Source of the DNA: Chiloscyllium plagiosum
Lineage: Eukaryota
Assembly: GCF_004010195.1 (NCBI RefSeq)
Contig: NC_057718.1
Coordinates: 34,435,239 to 34,499,238 of the forward strand
Direction of reading: 5' to 3'
Length of the DNA: 64,000 nt
Positions 23,401-37,194 of the stretch are shown here, piece by piece (within the stretch, counting starts at the first letter, position 1; each line of letters begins with the position of its first letter). The translations under genes were made by a program, and so were the position numbers. The notes beneath the pieces are model-generated. The model was not told the origin of the DNA, ran no database searches, and was given only the letters and a program-made list of their open reading frames with translations.

Positions 23401-25811
23401 GCCCCCACTCCCAAGAATAGACAACAAACTGATGGCCAATTAAAATAAGCTCACGCAGTAAAAGTCAGAGTTTGAATCAGATTGTTCTTTGAAGTTAAAT
23501 CATAATACTGTGTTTTGTTTTCAGTTAGTTATCTTTCCCACATAAAACATAAACTTACCACATAACTTACATCATCAGGAAGATGGACTATTTTACTAAA
23601 GTCTAGATCATTTGTTGTTCCCACTCTAGACTTTGACTAAGTAATCTGACTAAGGCAAGAATGAACCCATACTTTACTTATACTAATCCTCTATGGATTA
23701 AATGTATTTATTTCCCTCCCACCTCCTCTATACATGGATATTTATCAGCATGGGTGTGTGTTTCAAGTCCTGAGGGAAATCTCATAACTGAAGTAATTGA
23801 ATCTGTCTTTGTTTCTTTAAGAAGTGATTTCCCTCTGTTGAAAAGCATACAGTAAAATCACTCGTCCATGAGTGACTGATTGAACCCATTTTTGCACCTT
23901 AGAATCATGAGATTAAAATAGTTTTGAGTTTCTATTGGCGTGTTTCTTGAATGATTATTAACAGCAGTTTTGATCATTAAAGAACGGACTGGTAAGGGGG
24001 CCATAACAGATTATCCTGTCAATGATTTGTTACACAAACCACCATCATGACATTAATCAAAGGCAGTTATTTGTACTTGTTCCTTCTGCCTGTGTCGGTG
24101 CATTACCTTAAAATGGAATTGCTTTGCTTATAAACAGAAGGAAAGGATAGCTCTCAGAAGTTACTCCAGGAGATGAACCTACACATCACTGCAGAGCAAA
24201 TCAGAACAAATGTGGGGTTCAGGAATAAAGTTCGTGGAGGAGCAGAAATGTGCAAAGTGTTTAGACAGGGAACGTTAGGTATAAACATGCAGCAATGAAT
24301 GAGATTTGTGTGGCACTATTGTAATTGATTACAGTCCATAACGTACAACTTTGCCCATATTCCTTTGGGAGGGGGAAATTCTTTCAGGGATTCCTTCTGT
24401 GTTTATTCCAAAGACTTTTGCGAGAAAGTATATGTGTTTGGATGTCGCATAAGGACAACATCAGAGTTACTTATGCTCCCTTTTATGGGTTGATAGTCTA
24501 ACCTTCACTGAAGAATGGGCACTTTGGAAAGTTACTGCAGGGCTTCAAACAGATGTGAAATGGCAATGCTGCATAACTCAACTCCTTCACAGAAGGATGG
24601 AACAAAAAAATAAATTGTCGGTTTTAAGTAGTTATATAAATATATCCCTGGTCTGCAAATGTACTACAAAGACAATTATCCAACTTCCCCAGTAAATACA
24701 AATCCCATTGTTAACTTCACTTATGGGTGCAAATCCAGCTGACAGCAGGACTCTAAGTTGCTCCAGAAGAATAATACACAACATTTAATATGAAACATAT
24801 TAGTTCAACAGTTTTTTTAAGAAAACTGTCTTAGATTACAGCAAAATGGAGATGCAAATGACCCCTAACTCAAGGGTCAAACCCTCTACACTGACAAAAT
24901 TCTTCTGTACATCTTTGTCACCACACAACCTCGTAGTTTTCACTTCTGAAAGTGTCACGCACATAGAGTTCGAAAAGTAAGCATATATAATAAGCAAAGA
25001 TAAAATTCAGCAAAAATAGGCAATCTTGCTCAGGCACTTAAAAGGGATTACTGCTGTGTTGCTTACTGGTGCAATGAAAGAAGATATTTTGCCGGTATTA
25101 GGTTTGAGGTACATTGGTCCAATTGAAAGAATTACTCATTTGCAACTAACCATGACGTTTTTGACATTGAAAGCCTGAGCCAAAAATTTGTTCTGTTCTA
25201 TTACTCAGCATTAAAATTTATTTTCTTGTTGAAAGGGGAGAAATAGTCAAAAAAAATGAAAAGAGGGAAGTTTTATCTTGGGTAATCCTGCAGAAGCAAG
25301 AAAAACTACAGAAGCAACTACATCAGAATGTCATGAAGATTATGTTCAGGAATCCTTTTCCTTGATAGAGATCTCTGAATTCATAACAACTCTTTTGTTT
25401 AAGATACCAGGAGGATGGAGGTGGTTAATCATGGAGAGATAATATAACTGATAAGTTCCTGACAGAAAATAGACATCTTGAAACAAAAAAAGATTTCTGG
25501 CTGACAAGTGTTAAATGAAAAATAATAATGATGAATTCAGGAGGGAGTTCCTTTTTGTTATACATCAGAGTATGTCCTGAAATACTGAAGGGCCCTGAAA
25601 GGTCCACCTTCTGCAGAAGCAACTATGATTGAGAGGAATCCTTGCTCCCCAGTCTCTCTCGTGCCCAGATTGTGTATGTGGCTGGAATGGGCAGATCATC
25701 AATGCTGTTTCACGTTTGTTGATCCTACAAGTTAGCTAGAATGATGAAGCAACAATTCATATGTTAGTGTGACCAGAGCACACATGACCACTTGTAAACG
25801 GCAATTGCGGT

Positions 25812-25885
25812 GGCAGGTTCACTCCGATGGTTAGGTCGTGGTGCTAATAGTGCTGAGGTCATGGGTTCAATCCTCATTCTGGCCA
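25812..25885 (+). pseudogene. tRNA-Ile(AAT)-derived pseudogene or isolated SINE head
   Basis: 74 nt colinear with vertebrate tRNA-Ile-AAT (ggcaggtt...cgtggtgctAATag...gggttcaatcc...ggcca). The stems are disrupted and there is no downstream T4 terminator. Confidence 0.7.
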
Positions 25886-28127
25886 ATGCTGCTGGTTTCC
25901 AACCAAGGCTTTTGGATCCGTAAGTTTTGCATGGTTAGGATGAAGAGATGATAACTGGAATGAGACGCAGACCGAGTGAGTATGTAGTTCAGTAAATTTG
26001 AAGGCAATGTGGGAATTCGGTGCAGAGGGGAAGAGTTGCTTTGTATTGCTTTTTCTAGCTCATAGGTTGTAAAATTTTTATTAAGCAGGATAAATTGAAG
26101 CCCAGGAATTAGGTGTCCAGTACAAGACATCACAGGTAAACCATATGTTCATTTGTTGGTAGTAGCTACTATAGGTTACATTCAGATTGAAGGTTACAAA
26201 TTAAAAGATCAATGCAATTTTTTAAAAATCAAATTAAGAATTAAGTAATTAAAATAAGAGATGCAGGACTAGGCAATTTTTTGTATATCTGCATGATGTG
26301 GGAGCTGGCAGGCCCCATTGTGGTTGCTTGAGGATCTCCAGTTCAGAGCTGATGATTTGGAGTCTGAGCCTCAAATACTGTGACATATGAGGGAGGGGGA
26401 GAGTTTCAGGAGGCACTCACACTGTCAGATTAGCCACCTCAAGTTCAGTCAGTGGTCAGAGATGGGAGTGTGAGACTATGACAGGTAGAAGGATCCAGGA
26501 GGTAGTGCTGAAGGAGCCTCAATCCTTAAGCTTGTCAACAGTTTTGAGATTTTTGTTCCCTGTGTAGATGAGTGCTGTGGCTGTGGGGAGAATTTACCCA
26601 TAACACCTTGGTATAGGAAGCCATTCAAGAGTTGGAGAGAAAAGAGAAATGTAGTTGTAATCGGGGGATAATATAGTCAGGAGAATAGACGCTGTTCCCT
26701 GTGGCCAGGTTTGAGAGTGCAAATGCTGTGTTGCCTGCCTGGTGTCCAGGTTCAGGAAATCTGATCTGGGCTGCAGTGGAACTTGAAGTGAGGTGGGGGA
26801 GATATCCAGTTGTCATGCTCCACATAGTTACCAATGTTATTGGTAGAAAGAGTAAAGAACTTCTGCTGAGGGAATATGAGCAGTTGGAGCTAAATTAAGA
26901 AACAGAACCAAACATGTCATAATCTCTGGATTACTACCTGAACCACAAGCAAATTGACACAGGGTAAATAAGATTAAAGAGGTAAACGCATGGCTCCAAG
27001 ATTGATGTGGGAGAAATGGATTCAAATTCATGGGACGTTGGCACCAGTCCTGGGGAAGGAGGCGACTTTTCCAATTGAACTGTCCCACTTGAGACATGCT
27101 GGAATCAGTATTCTGTTGAATCACGTAACTAGGGTTGTGGATAGGGCTTTAAGCAAAGTAGTGTGTGCTGGGTTCAGTTGTATGAAAAACTATGGAGAAA
27201 GCTAAATGGGAGGAGGGCTTGGCAGAGGTTATTAAAGTTTCCAGAACAAGTATTAGGACAGAGAGTATGTGAAAGGTCAGGAATCTTAACTTCAAGCACA
27301 GCAGATAAGGGGGCAGTCAATGCAGAGTGAGGGTGTTGTGTTTAAATGAATGATTATTCAAAACAAGGTGAATGAGTTTTGGTGTAGATTAAAATTGGCA
27401 GGAACAATGTTGTGGGTGTCACAAAGATATGGCTGCAAGGGGATCCGGGCTAGGAACTGAATATCGAAGGATACATGTCATATTGAAGGGACAGGCAGAT
27501 GGATAGGGAGAGTGAGGTTGCCTTGTTAGGAAGAAATAAAATTAAATCAATAACAAGAAGTGATAAGAGTTGGAAGGTATAGAATCTGTGTGGTTAGAGT
27601 TAAGGATTGCAAAGGAAACAGTCAGATTTGTATACAGGCCTCCCAGCAGTGAACAGGATCTGGGAAAGAAAATTAATCAGAAGATAGAAAAGGCATATAA
27701 GGAAGGCAGTATAGTTATGGGGACTTTGATGTGCGGATGGTCAAGAAAAATCAGGTTGCTATTGGATCCCAATAAAAGGCATTCATGGCATGTTCATGAG
27801 ATTTGTTTTGGAGCAGTCTGTGGTATAATCACTAGGGAGCAAGCAACTCTGGATTTGGTGATGGGTAATGAGGCAGACTTGATTAGGGAGCTTAAAGTAA
27901 AGGAACCCCTAAGGGGTAATGATCATAATATGATCGAATCCACCCTGCAATTTGAGGGGCAGAAGCTGAATCAGATGTAAGAGTATTACAATTGGGTAAA
28001 GGTGACTACTAAGACATGAGGGAGGAACTGGCTAGAGTTAACCTAGCACAGATGATAGAACAGCAACGGCAGGAAATTCTGGGGGTAATTCAAGATACAC
28101 AATAGAAATTCATCACAAGGAAGAAGA

Positions 28128-28981
28128 ACTTGATTGAGTTTTTTGAAGAAGTAACAAAAAGGATTTTTGAGGGCAGAGCCATGGACGTGATCTATAAGGA
28201 CTTCAGTGAGGCATTCGACAAGGTTCCCCATGGGAGACTGGTTAGCAAGGTTAGATTTCATGGAATACAGGGAGAACTAGCCATTTGGATCCAGACTGGC
28301 TTGAAGGTAGAAGACAGAGGGTGGTGGTGGTGGAGGGCTGCTTTTCAGACTGGAGGCCTATGACCAGTGAAGTGCCACAAGGAACGGTGCTGAGTCCCCA
28401 CTACTTTTCATCATTTATATAAATGATTTGGATGTGAACATAGGAGGTATCGTTAGTAAGTTTGCAGATGACACCAAAATTGGAGGTGTAGTGGACAACA
28501 AAGAAGGTTACCTCAGATTACAACAGGATTTTGATCAGATGGGCCAATGGGCTGAGAGGTGGCGGATGGACTTTAATTTAGGTAAATGCGAGGTGCTGCA
28601 TTTTGGAAAAGCAAATCAGAGCAGGACTTATACACTCAATGGTAAGGTCCTTGGGAATGTTGCTAAACAAAGAAACCTTGGAGTGCAGGTTCATAGCTCC
28701 TTGAAAGTAGAGTTGCAGGTAGACAGGTGAGAGGGGAAAGATATAAAAGGAACCTAAGGGGCAACTTTTTCACGCAGAGGGTGATGCATGTAATGAATGA
28801 GCTGCCAGAGGAGCTGGCACAATTGCAACATTTAAAATGTACCTGAATGCGTACATGAATAGGGTTAGAAGGATATGGGCCAAGTGCTGGAAACTGGGAC
28901 TAGATTAGGTTGGGATTTCTGGTTGACATGGACGAGTTGGACCAAAGGATCTGTTTCCGTGCTGTACATCTTTATGACTGC
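28128..28981 (+). mobile_element. CR1 3' fragment (same family as 10960), internally deleted and nested
   Basis: LIEFFEEVTK, FADDTK and a 3' tail; deletion near 28727. Confidence 0.9.
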
Positions 28982-29240
28982 AAACATACTGAGGGGAGGA
29001 TGAGACAACCATGGCTGACAAGGGAAGTCAGGGACAGCATGAAAGCAAAAGAGAAGATTTGCAATGTGGTGACGAAATGGGAAGCCAGAGGATTGAGAAG
29101 CTTTTGAAAACCAGTAGAGGATAATCAAAAAGCAATAAGTGGTAGAAGATGCAATATGACGAGGTGAGTGCAATGGCAATCACTAAGGAGACGATGCTAG
29201 GACAATTTAAAGGTCTGAAGGTGGGTAAATCATCTGGACC

Positions 29241-30491
29241 ATAAGACCATAAGACATAGGAGTGAAAATAAGGCCATTCGGCCCATCGAGTCCACTCCGC
29301 CATTCAATCATGGCTGATGGGCATTTCAACTCCACTTACCTGCATTCTCCCCGTAGCCCTTAATTCCTTGTGACATCAATAATTTATCAATCTCTGCCTT
29401 GAAGACATTTAGCGTTCCGGCCTCCACTGCACTCTGCGGCAATGAATTCCACAGGCCCACCACTCTCTGGCTGAAGAAATGTTTCCGCATTTCTGTTCTG
29501 AATTTACCCCCTCTAATTCTAAGGCTGTGTCCACGGGTCCTAGTCTCCTCGCCTAACGGAAACAATATCCTAGCGCCCACCCTTTCCAAGCCATGTATTA
29601 TCTTGTAAATTTCTATTAGATCTCCCCTTTAATCTTCTAAACACCAATAAATACAATCCCAGGATCCTCAGCCGTTCCTCATATGTTAGACCTACCATTC
29701 CAGGGATCATCCGTGTGAATTTCCGCTGGACACGCTCCAGTGCCAGTATGTCCTTCCTGAGGTATGGGGACCAAAACTGGACACAGTACTCTAATTAGGG
29801 CCTAACCAGAGCTTTATAAAGTCTCAGTAGCACAATGGTGCTTTTATATTCCAACCCTCTTGAGATAAATGACAACATTGCATTCGCTTTCTTAATCACG
29901 GACTCAACCTGCGTGTTTACCTTTAGAGAATCCTTTGTACTTTGGCTTTATGAATTTTCTCACCGTTTAGAAAGTAGTCCATGCTTGTATTCTTTTTTCC
30001 AAAGTGCAAGACCTCACATTTGCTCACACTGAATTCCATCAGCCATTTCCTGGACCACTCACCCAAACTGTCTAGATCCTTCTGCAGCCTCCCCACTTCC
30101 TCAGTACTACCTGCCTGTCCACCTATCTTCGTATCATCGGCAAACTTCGCTAGAATGCCCCCAGTCCCTTCATCCAGATCCTTAATATATAACGTGAACA
30201 GCTGTGGCCCCAACACTGAACCCTGCAGGACACCGGTTGTCACCGGCTGCCATTCCGAAAAAGAACCTTTTGATCCCAACTCTCTGCCTTCTGTCAGACA
30301 GCCAATCCTCAATCCATACCAGTAGCTCACCTCGAACACCATGGGCCCTCACCTTGCTCAGCAGCCTCCCGTGTGGCACCTTATCAAAGGCCTTTTGGAA
30401 GTCTAGATAGATTTCCACTGGGTTTCCCTGGTCTAACTTACTTGTCACCTCTTCAAAGAATTCCAACAGGTTTGTTAGGCACAACCTCCCC
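29241..30491 (-). mobile_element. CR1 3' portion, nested
   Basis: ORFs 30182-30559, 29923-30342 (QGSVLGP, FADDTK) and 29326-29589; (cataaga)n tail. Confidence 0.92.
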
Positions 30492-30691
30492 AAATGGACT
30501 AGACCCCAGAACTCTGAAGGTGATAGCTGAGGAGATTGTAGAGGCATGGTGATAAACATTCAGTGATTGCTGGAGTTAGGGAGGGTCCCAGAGCACTGAA
30601 AAATGGTTAATTTAATACCCCTGTTTAAAAAAGGAACGAGGCAGAAGCCAGGCAGTTATAGTCAGGTTAGCCTGACCTCAGTTGTTAGTAA

Positions 30692-31285
30692 GGTAAAAAC
30701 AATGACTGCAGATGCTGGAAACCAGATTCTGGATCAGTGGTGCTGGAAGAGCACAGCAGTTCAGGCAGCATCCGAGGAGCTTCGAAATCGACGTTTCGGG
30801 CAAAAGCCCTTCATCAGGAATAAAGGCAGTGAGCCTGAAGCGTGGAGAAATAAGCTTGGGGAGGGTGGGATTGGGGAGAGAGTAGCATAGAGTACAATGG
30901 GTGAGTGGGGGAGGAGATGAAGGTGATAGGTCAGGGAGGAGAGGTGCACACCGCCCCGTGGCCCAACATTTCAACTCCCCCCCCCACTCTGCCGAGGACA
31001 TGGAGGTCCTGGGCCTCCTNNNNNNNNNNNNNNNNNNNNNNNNNNNNNNNNNNNNNNNNNNNNNNNNNNNNNNNNNNNNNNNNNNNNNNNNNNNNNNNNN
31101 NNNNCCATTCACCCATTGTACTCTATGCTACTCTCTCTCCACCCCCACCCTCACCTAGCTTATCTCTCCACACTTCAGGCTCACTGCCTTTATTCCTGAT
31201 GAAGGGCTTTTGCCCAAAACGTTGATTTCAAAGCTCCTCGGATGCTGCCTGAACTGCTGTGCTCTTCCAGCACCACTGATCCAAA
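30692..31285. mobile_element. Penelope-like element with inverted arms, a GIY-YIG C-terminal fragment and an 85-N gap
   Basis: 15-bp TSD ctcagttgttagtaa (30677-30691 and 31286-31300); HRPVAQHFNSPPHSAEDMEVLGL at about 30948-31019; gap at 31020-31104. Confidence 0.92.
30787..30820 (-). ncRNA. Minimal type I hammerhead ribozyme
   Basis: Sense strand: uuc-CUGAUGA-aGGGCuuuuGCCC-GAAACGUC-gau. The mirror copy at about 31196-31225 has GAAA mutated to AAAA. Confidence 0.75.
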
Positions 31286-31305
31286 CTCAGTTGTTAGTAA
31301 CAGTT

Positions 31306-31511
31306 TAGAATTGTAGAATCCCTACTGTGTGGGAGCAGGCAAGTTGGCCAATTGAGTCCACATTCAGAAAAGCATCTCATCCAGACCCAGTTCAGTACCT
31401 TATCCCTGAAACCCTGCATTTCCCATGCTAACCCACCTAACCTATACAGCCCTCGACACTATGGTAAGTTTAACATGGTCAATCCACCTAACTTACACAT
31501 CTTTGGACTTT
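31306..31511 (-). mobile_element. HE1 SINE 3' half, nested
   Basis: Matches the 3' half of the 13678 copy. Confidence 0.75.
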
Positions 31512-32197
31512 AGAGTCATCTTTCAAGCATATCTTCACAGTCCAATATTAAGGATGAGATTGAGAAATACTTCAAAAAATAGGACTGAGTCAGCATAGCT
31601 TAATCACGGATAGTCATGCCTGACAAATCTGTTAGAATTCTTTGAGGAGATAACGAACAAGTTAGATAAAGCAGAGCAAATAACCATGATCTATTTGGAT
31701 TTCCAGAAGGTGTTTGACAAGGTGCCACACAGGAGGCTGCTAAACCAGGTAAGACCCCATGGTATTACTGGCATAGGTTGAGGATTTGCTGACAGGCAGA
31801 AGGCAGAGAGTAGGAATAAAGGGATATTTTTCAGGATGTTAGCCATGGGCAGTGGAGTTCCGCAGGAGTCTGTATTGGGAACATAACTGTTCATGTTAAA
31901 CATTAACAATCTGGATGAAGGAACTGAGCGCATTTTTGCTAAGTTTGCAGATGACACAAAGACAAGTGGAGGGACAGGTAATGTCGAGGAAGCGAAAAGA
32001 CTGCAGATGGAATTGGGCAGGCTAGGAGAATGGATGAAGAAGTGGCAGATGGTATACAATGTAGGAAAGTGTGAGGTTATACACATTGCTCAGAAGAATA
32101 GAGGTGCACAATATTTTATAAGTGAGGAAAGGATTCATGAATCTGAAGCACAAAGAGACTTGGGAGTCCTAGTTCAGGATTCTCTTATGGTCAACAT

Positions 32198-35100
32198 GTA
32201 CAAAGAACAAAGAAAATTACATCACAGGAACAGGCCCTTCAGCCCTGTAAACCTGCACTGATCCAGATCCTCTATCTAAACCTGCTGCCTATTTTCTAAA
32301 GATCTGTATCCCTGTGCTCCCTGCCCATTCATATTTCTGTCTAGATACATCCTAAATGATGCTATTCTTCCCGCTTCTACCACCTCTGCTGGCAATGCAT
32401 TCTAGGCACCCACTACCCTCTTCATAAAGAACTTTCCATGTATATCTCCTCTAAACCTTTCCCCTCTCACCTTGAACTTGTGACCCCTAGTAATTGAGTT
32501 CCACACTCTGAGAAAAAGCTTCTTGTTATCCACCCTGTCTATACCTCTCATGATTTTGTAGACCTCAATCAGGTCCCCCCTCAACGTCCGTCTTTTTAAT
32601 GAAAATAATCCTAATCTACTCAACGTCTCTTCATAGCTAGTGCCCTTCATACCAGGCAACATCCTGGTGAACCTCCTCTGCACCCTCTCCAAAGTATCCA
32701 CATCCTTTTGGTTATGTTGCGACCAGAACCGTATGCAATATTCCAAATGCGGTCGAACCAAAGTCCTACACAACTGTAAGATGACCTGCCAACTCTTGCA
32801 CTCAATACTCCATCCACTGAAGGAAAGCATGCTGTATGTCTTCTTGACCACTTTACTGACCTGCATTGCCACCTTCAGGGAACAATGGACTTGAATGCAC
32901 AGATCTCTCTGTACGTCAATTTTCCCCAGGACGTTTCCGTTTACTGTATAGTTCGGTTTTGAATTGGATCTTCCCAAATGCATCACCTCCCATTTGCCCG
33001 GATTGAACTCCATCTGCCATTTCTCTGCCCATCTCTCCAATCTATCTATATTCTGCTGTATTCTCTGACAATGCCCTTCACTATCTGTACCAATCTTGGT
33101 GTCATCTTCAATCTTGCTAATCAGGCAACGGATACCTTCCTCCAAATCATTTATATATATCACAAACAACAGTTGTCCCCGCATGGATCCCTGTGGAACA
33201 CCACTGGGCACAGGTCTCCATTTTGAGAAATTCCCTTCCACTACTACTCTCTGTCTCTTGTTGCCCAGCCAGTTCTCTATCCATCTAGATAGAACACCCT
33301 GGACCCTATACAACTTCACCTTCTCCATCAGCCTACCATGGGGAACCTTATCAAATGCCTTACTAAAGTCCATATGACATCTACAGCCCTTCCCCCATCA
33401 ATCAACTTCGTCACCTCCTCAAGGAATTCTATTAGCTTTTTAAGACATGACCTTCCCTGCACAAAACCATGCTGCCCATTACTGATAAGCCCATTTTCTT
33501 CCAAATGGGAAGAATTCTATCCCTCAGTATCTTCTCCAGCAGCTTCCTTACCACTGATATCAGACTCACCAGTCTATAACTACCTGGAGTATCCCTGCTA
33601 TACTTCTTAAACAAGGGGACAATATTAGCAATTCTCCAGTCCTCCAGGACTTCACCCATGTTCAAGGATGCTGCAAAGATATTTGTTAAAGTCCTAGCTA
33701 TTTCCTCTCTCACTTCCCTCAGTATCCTGGGGTTGATCCCATCCGGACCTGGGGACTTGTCTACCTTAATGCCTTTTATAATACTGAAGACTTCCTCCCT
33801 CCTCATGCTGACTTGGCCTAGAGTACTCAAAGATCTACCCCAATTTCAACATCCGTTATGTCCCTCTCCTCTGTGAATACCAATGCAAAGTACTCTTTAG
33901 AAACTCATCCATTTTCATTGACTCCACACATGACTTTCCTCCTTTGTCCTTGAGTAGGCCAACCCTGTCTCTAGTTACCCTCTTGCTCCTTATATATGAA
34001 CAAAAAGGCTTTGGGATTTTCCTTAACCCCATTGCTAAAGATATCTCATGACCCCTTTTAGCCCTCTTAATTCCTCGTTTCAGATTGGTCCAACATTCCT
34101 GATATTCTTCCAAAGCTTTGTCTGTCTTCAGTAGCCTAGACCTTACATATGCATCCTTTTTCTTCTTAGCTAGTCACACTATTTCACCTATCATCTATGG
34201 TTCCCTAACCTTGCCATTTTGATCCTTCATTTTCACAGGAATATCCCTCTCCTGAGCTCTAATCAACCTCTCTTTATAAGCCTCCCACATATCAAATGTG
34301 GATTTCCCTTAAAACAGCTGCTCCCAATTTACATTCCCCTGCTCCTGCTGAATCTTGATACAGTTGGCCTTTCCCCAATTTAGCACTCTTCCTTGAGGAC
34401 CACTCTCGTCTTTCTCTATGAGTATTCTAAAACTTATGGAATTGTGATCACTATTCCTAAAGTAATCTTCTACTGAAATATCAACTACCTGGCTGGGCTC
34501 ATTTCCCAACACCGAATCCAGTATGGCCCCTTCCTAAATTGGATTATTTACAAACTGCTCTAGAAAACCCTCCTGGATACTCCTTACAAATTCTGCTCCA
34601 TCTAGACCTCTAACACAAAGTGAATCCCATTCAATGTTGGGAAAATTAAAATCTCCCATCATCACAACCCTGTTGCTCCTACATCTTTCCATGATCTGTT
34701 TACATATTTGCCCTCTATCTCACATTCGCTGTTGGGAGACCTGTAGTGCAGTCCCAACATTGTTACTGCACCCTTCCTATGTCTGAGCTCTGCCCATCTC
34801 GCCTTACTGCTCAAATCTTCCATAATACCCTCCTTCAGCACAGCTGTGATTTTTCTTTGACCAGTAATGCAACTCCTCCACCCCCTTTACCTCCTCTATT
34901 CCACCTGAAGCATCAATATCTTGGGATATTTAGCTGCCAATCATTCCCTTCCCTCAACTAAGTCTCAGTAACAGCAATAACATCATGCTCCCAGATACTA
35001 ATCCAAGCCCTAAGTTCATCTGCCTTACCTACTATACTTCTTGCATTAAAACAAATGCACCTCAGGCCACCAGTCCCTTTGCGTTCATCATCTGTTCACT

Positions 35101-36340
35101 GCCTCCTCTTCCTTTTAGTCACAGTGACTTCATTATCTAGTTCCTTACAGGCTTTAGTTACTGCTTCCTTACTGTCCTCTAACCTCCTTTGGTTCCAAAC
35201 CCCATTAATTTAAACCCTCCCCAACAGCATTAGCAAAAGCACCCCCAAGGACATTGATTCCAACCTGGCCCAGGTGGAGGCTGTCCAATTTGTAATAGTC
35301 CCACCTCCCCCAGAATCGGTCCCAATGTCCCAAAAATCTAAACCCCTTCCACAAGACATGTCTTCATCCTGCTTATTCTATCATTTCTACTTCTGACTAG
35401 TGCGTGACACTGGTAACAATCCTGAGATTATTACTGCTGAGGTCCTACTTTTTAACTTGGTTTCTAACTCCCTAAATTCTGCTTGTTGGACCTCATCCTG
35501 TTTTTCACCTATGTTTTTTTTGCCAATACGCACCACGACAACTGGCTGTTCACCCTTCCCCTTCAGAATGTTCTGCAGCCAATCCGAGACATCCCTGACC
35601 AGTGCACCTGGGAGACAACATACCATTCATGAGTCGCGTTTTCAACCACAGAACCACCTATCTACTCCCCTTACAATTGAATCCCATATGACTATAGCCC
35701 TTCCACTCTTTTTCCCGCCCTTCTGAACAACAGAGCCAGCCACGGTGCCATGTACTTGGCTACTGCTGCCTTCCCCTCGTGGGCCATCTCCCCCAACAAT
35801 ATCCAAAACAAATATACTGTTTTGGAGGGGGTTGACCGCAGGGGACACCTGCACTGCTTTCCTGCTCTTTCTCTGCCTTTTGGTCACCTATTCCCTTTCT
35901 CCCTCAGCAATCCAAATCTGCAGTGTGACCATTTCACTAAATGTGCTATCCACAACCCCCTCAGCATCACATATGTTCCAAAGTGAGTTCATCCGCAACT
36001 CCAGAGCCGTCTTCTAACAAGAGCTGAAACTGGACACGCTTCCTGCATGAGAAGGAGCCAGGGACATTAGCTATGTCCCTGAGTTCCCACATTGAGCATA
36101 ATGACCATAACACGAGTCTGAGATCTCCTACCATTTTTAACCGTAAATTTAACTTTAGTCTTTGCTTAGGTAAATGAAAAAGGAAAGTTTTCACCAAATA
36201 ACTCAGTAAAACAATAAAAAAGAGGAAATAGAAAATCCTTACCTGATCAACTCACTACAGAGTCCCTTATTGTTTGGTTAGAGGAGGAGGGTGGGAGGAA
36301 GATGCTACATGTGTAATGTCTCGGGTTCAGCCGCTACCCA
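32198..36340 (-). mobile_element. Near-full-length CR1 (5' UTR, ORF1 zinc finger/esterase, ORF2 APE-RT), decayed and nested
   Basis: ORF1: CSMWELR..CRK, IWDSIVRG, CCLPGA. ORF2 includes a 323-aa RT piece at 32402-33373 (DFSKAFDKVPH, GVPQGS). Tail acaaagaacaaagaa. Confidence 0.95.
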
Positions 36341-36964
36341 AAGTGGGTTCATTTGGCAGTTAGGAAGACAAATGCAATGTTAGCATTAATTTCAAAAGGG
36401 CTACACCAAGAGCAGGGGTGTATTGCTGAGGCTGTATAAGGCTCTGCTCAGACTTCATTGGGAATATCATGAACAGTTTTAGGCTCTGTACCTAAGGAAG
36501 GATGTGCTGGCCTTCGAGCGGATTCAGAAAAGGTTTCCAAGAATGATCCCAAGGATATAGAGCTTGTCATATGAGGGGCTAGTTGTTTTTTAATTTCCAT
36601 ATTTTGTTGAATTCCAATTTTAATGTGCCACTCTAGATTGCTAGTCCAATGATAATATCACTACACCACCACCTCCCTGATATAATAGGAAATGGAGATG
36701 CTGTATATAACCTCCTAGTCGACATTCTTCAGCTGTTGGAGACGATGATAAATTTGTCACCTGGGTTTTCCTTCACCAAGAGGAGGCTCCCAAAAAAAGG
36801 TTCACATTTCCCATTGATTTAAATAAATTGGAGGAGGTATCAGAAGAGTTAGAAGGGGTCCTTAATTCATGGCATTTACGAAATACCTGTTTTTCCATAT
36901 GGTTTGGAGGATATGTTGATGATGTGGCTGAGTACACAATTGTCATCTGCACATTTATACACTC

Positions 36965-37116
36965 AGAAAGCCATGGAGCTACACAGCATGGAGACCGGCC
37001 ATTTGATCCAACTCGTCCATGCCGACCAGATAACCTAAATTCCATTTGCCAGCAGTTGGCCCATATCCCTCTAAAACCTTCCTATTTCTATACCCATCCA
37101 GATGCCTTTTAAATGT
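36965..37116 (-). mobile_element. CR1 3' tail fragment
   Basis: Reverse complement of about 12840-13000. Confidence 0.8.
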
Positions 37117-37194
37117 CACTGCTGGGTCAGACAGCTGTGCAAGTTTGCTGCACCATTTGTTTCACAACCAACGTGGTCTCTGCTCTCTCTCTCT

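Larger units (their letters stand above)
25960..36580 (+). mobile_element. Near-full-length old CR1 hosting five nested insertions
   Basis: ORF1 (C..C.MWEL and esterase, about 26260-27150), APE (ESVWLELR, YRPP, 27570-27980), RT (FADDTK, 31893-32200) and a C-terminus resuming at 36341. Confidence 0.85.

Noticed and set aside
25812..25885. Functional tRNA-Ile gene
   Set aside because: Mismatches in the acceptor, D and anticodon stems, and no T4 terminator.
32402..33373. 323-aa reverse transcriptase ORF as an active or domesticated gene
   Set aside because: It is part of a frameshifted CR1, and the catalytic FADD motif reads IEDD.
36270..36330. HDV-like ribozyme in the CR1 5' UTR (CCUCCUC motif)
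   Set aside because: I could not find the complementary P3/P1 strands needed for the double pseudoknot; kept only as an unexplained motif.
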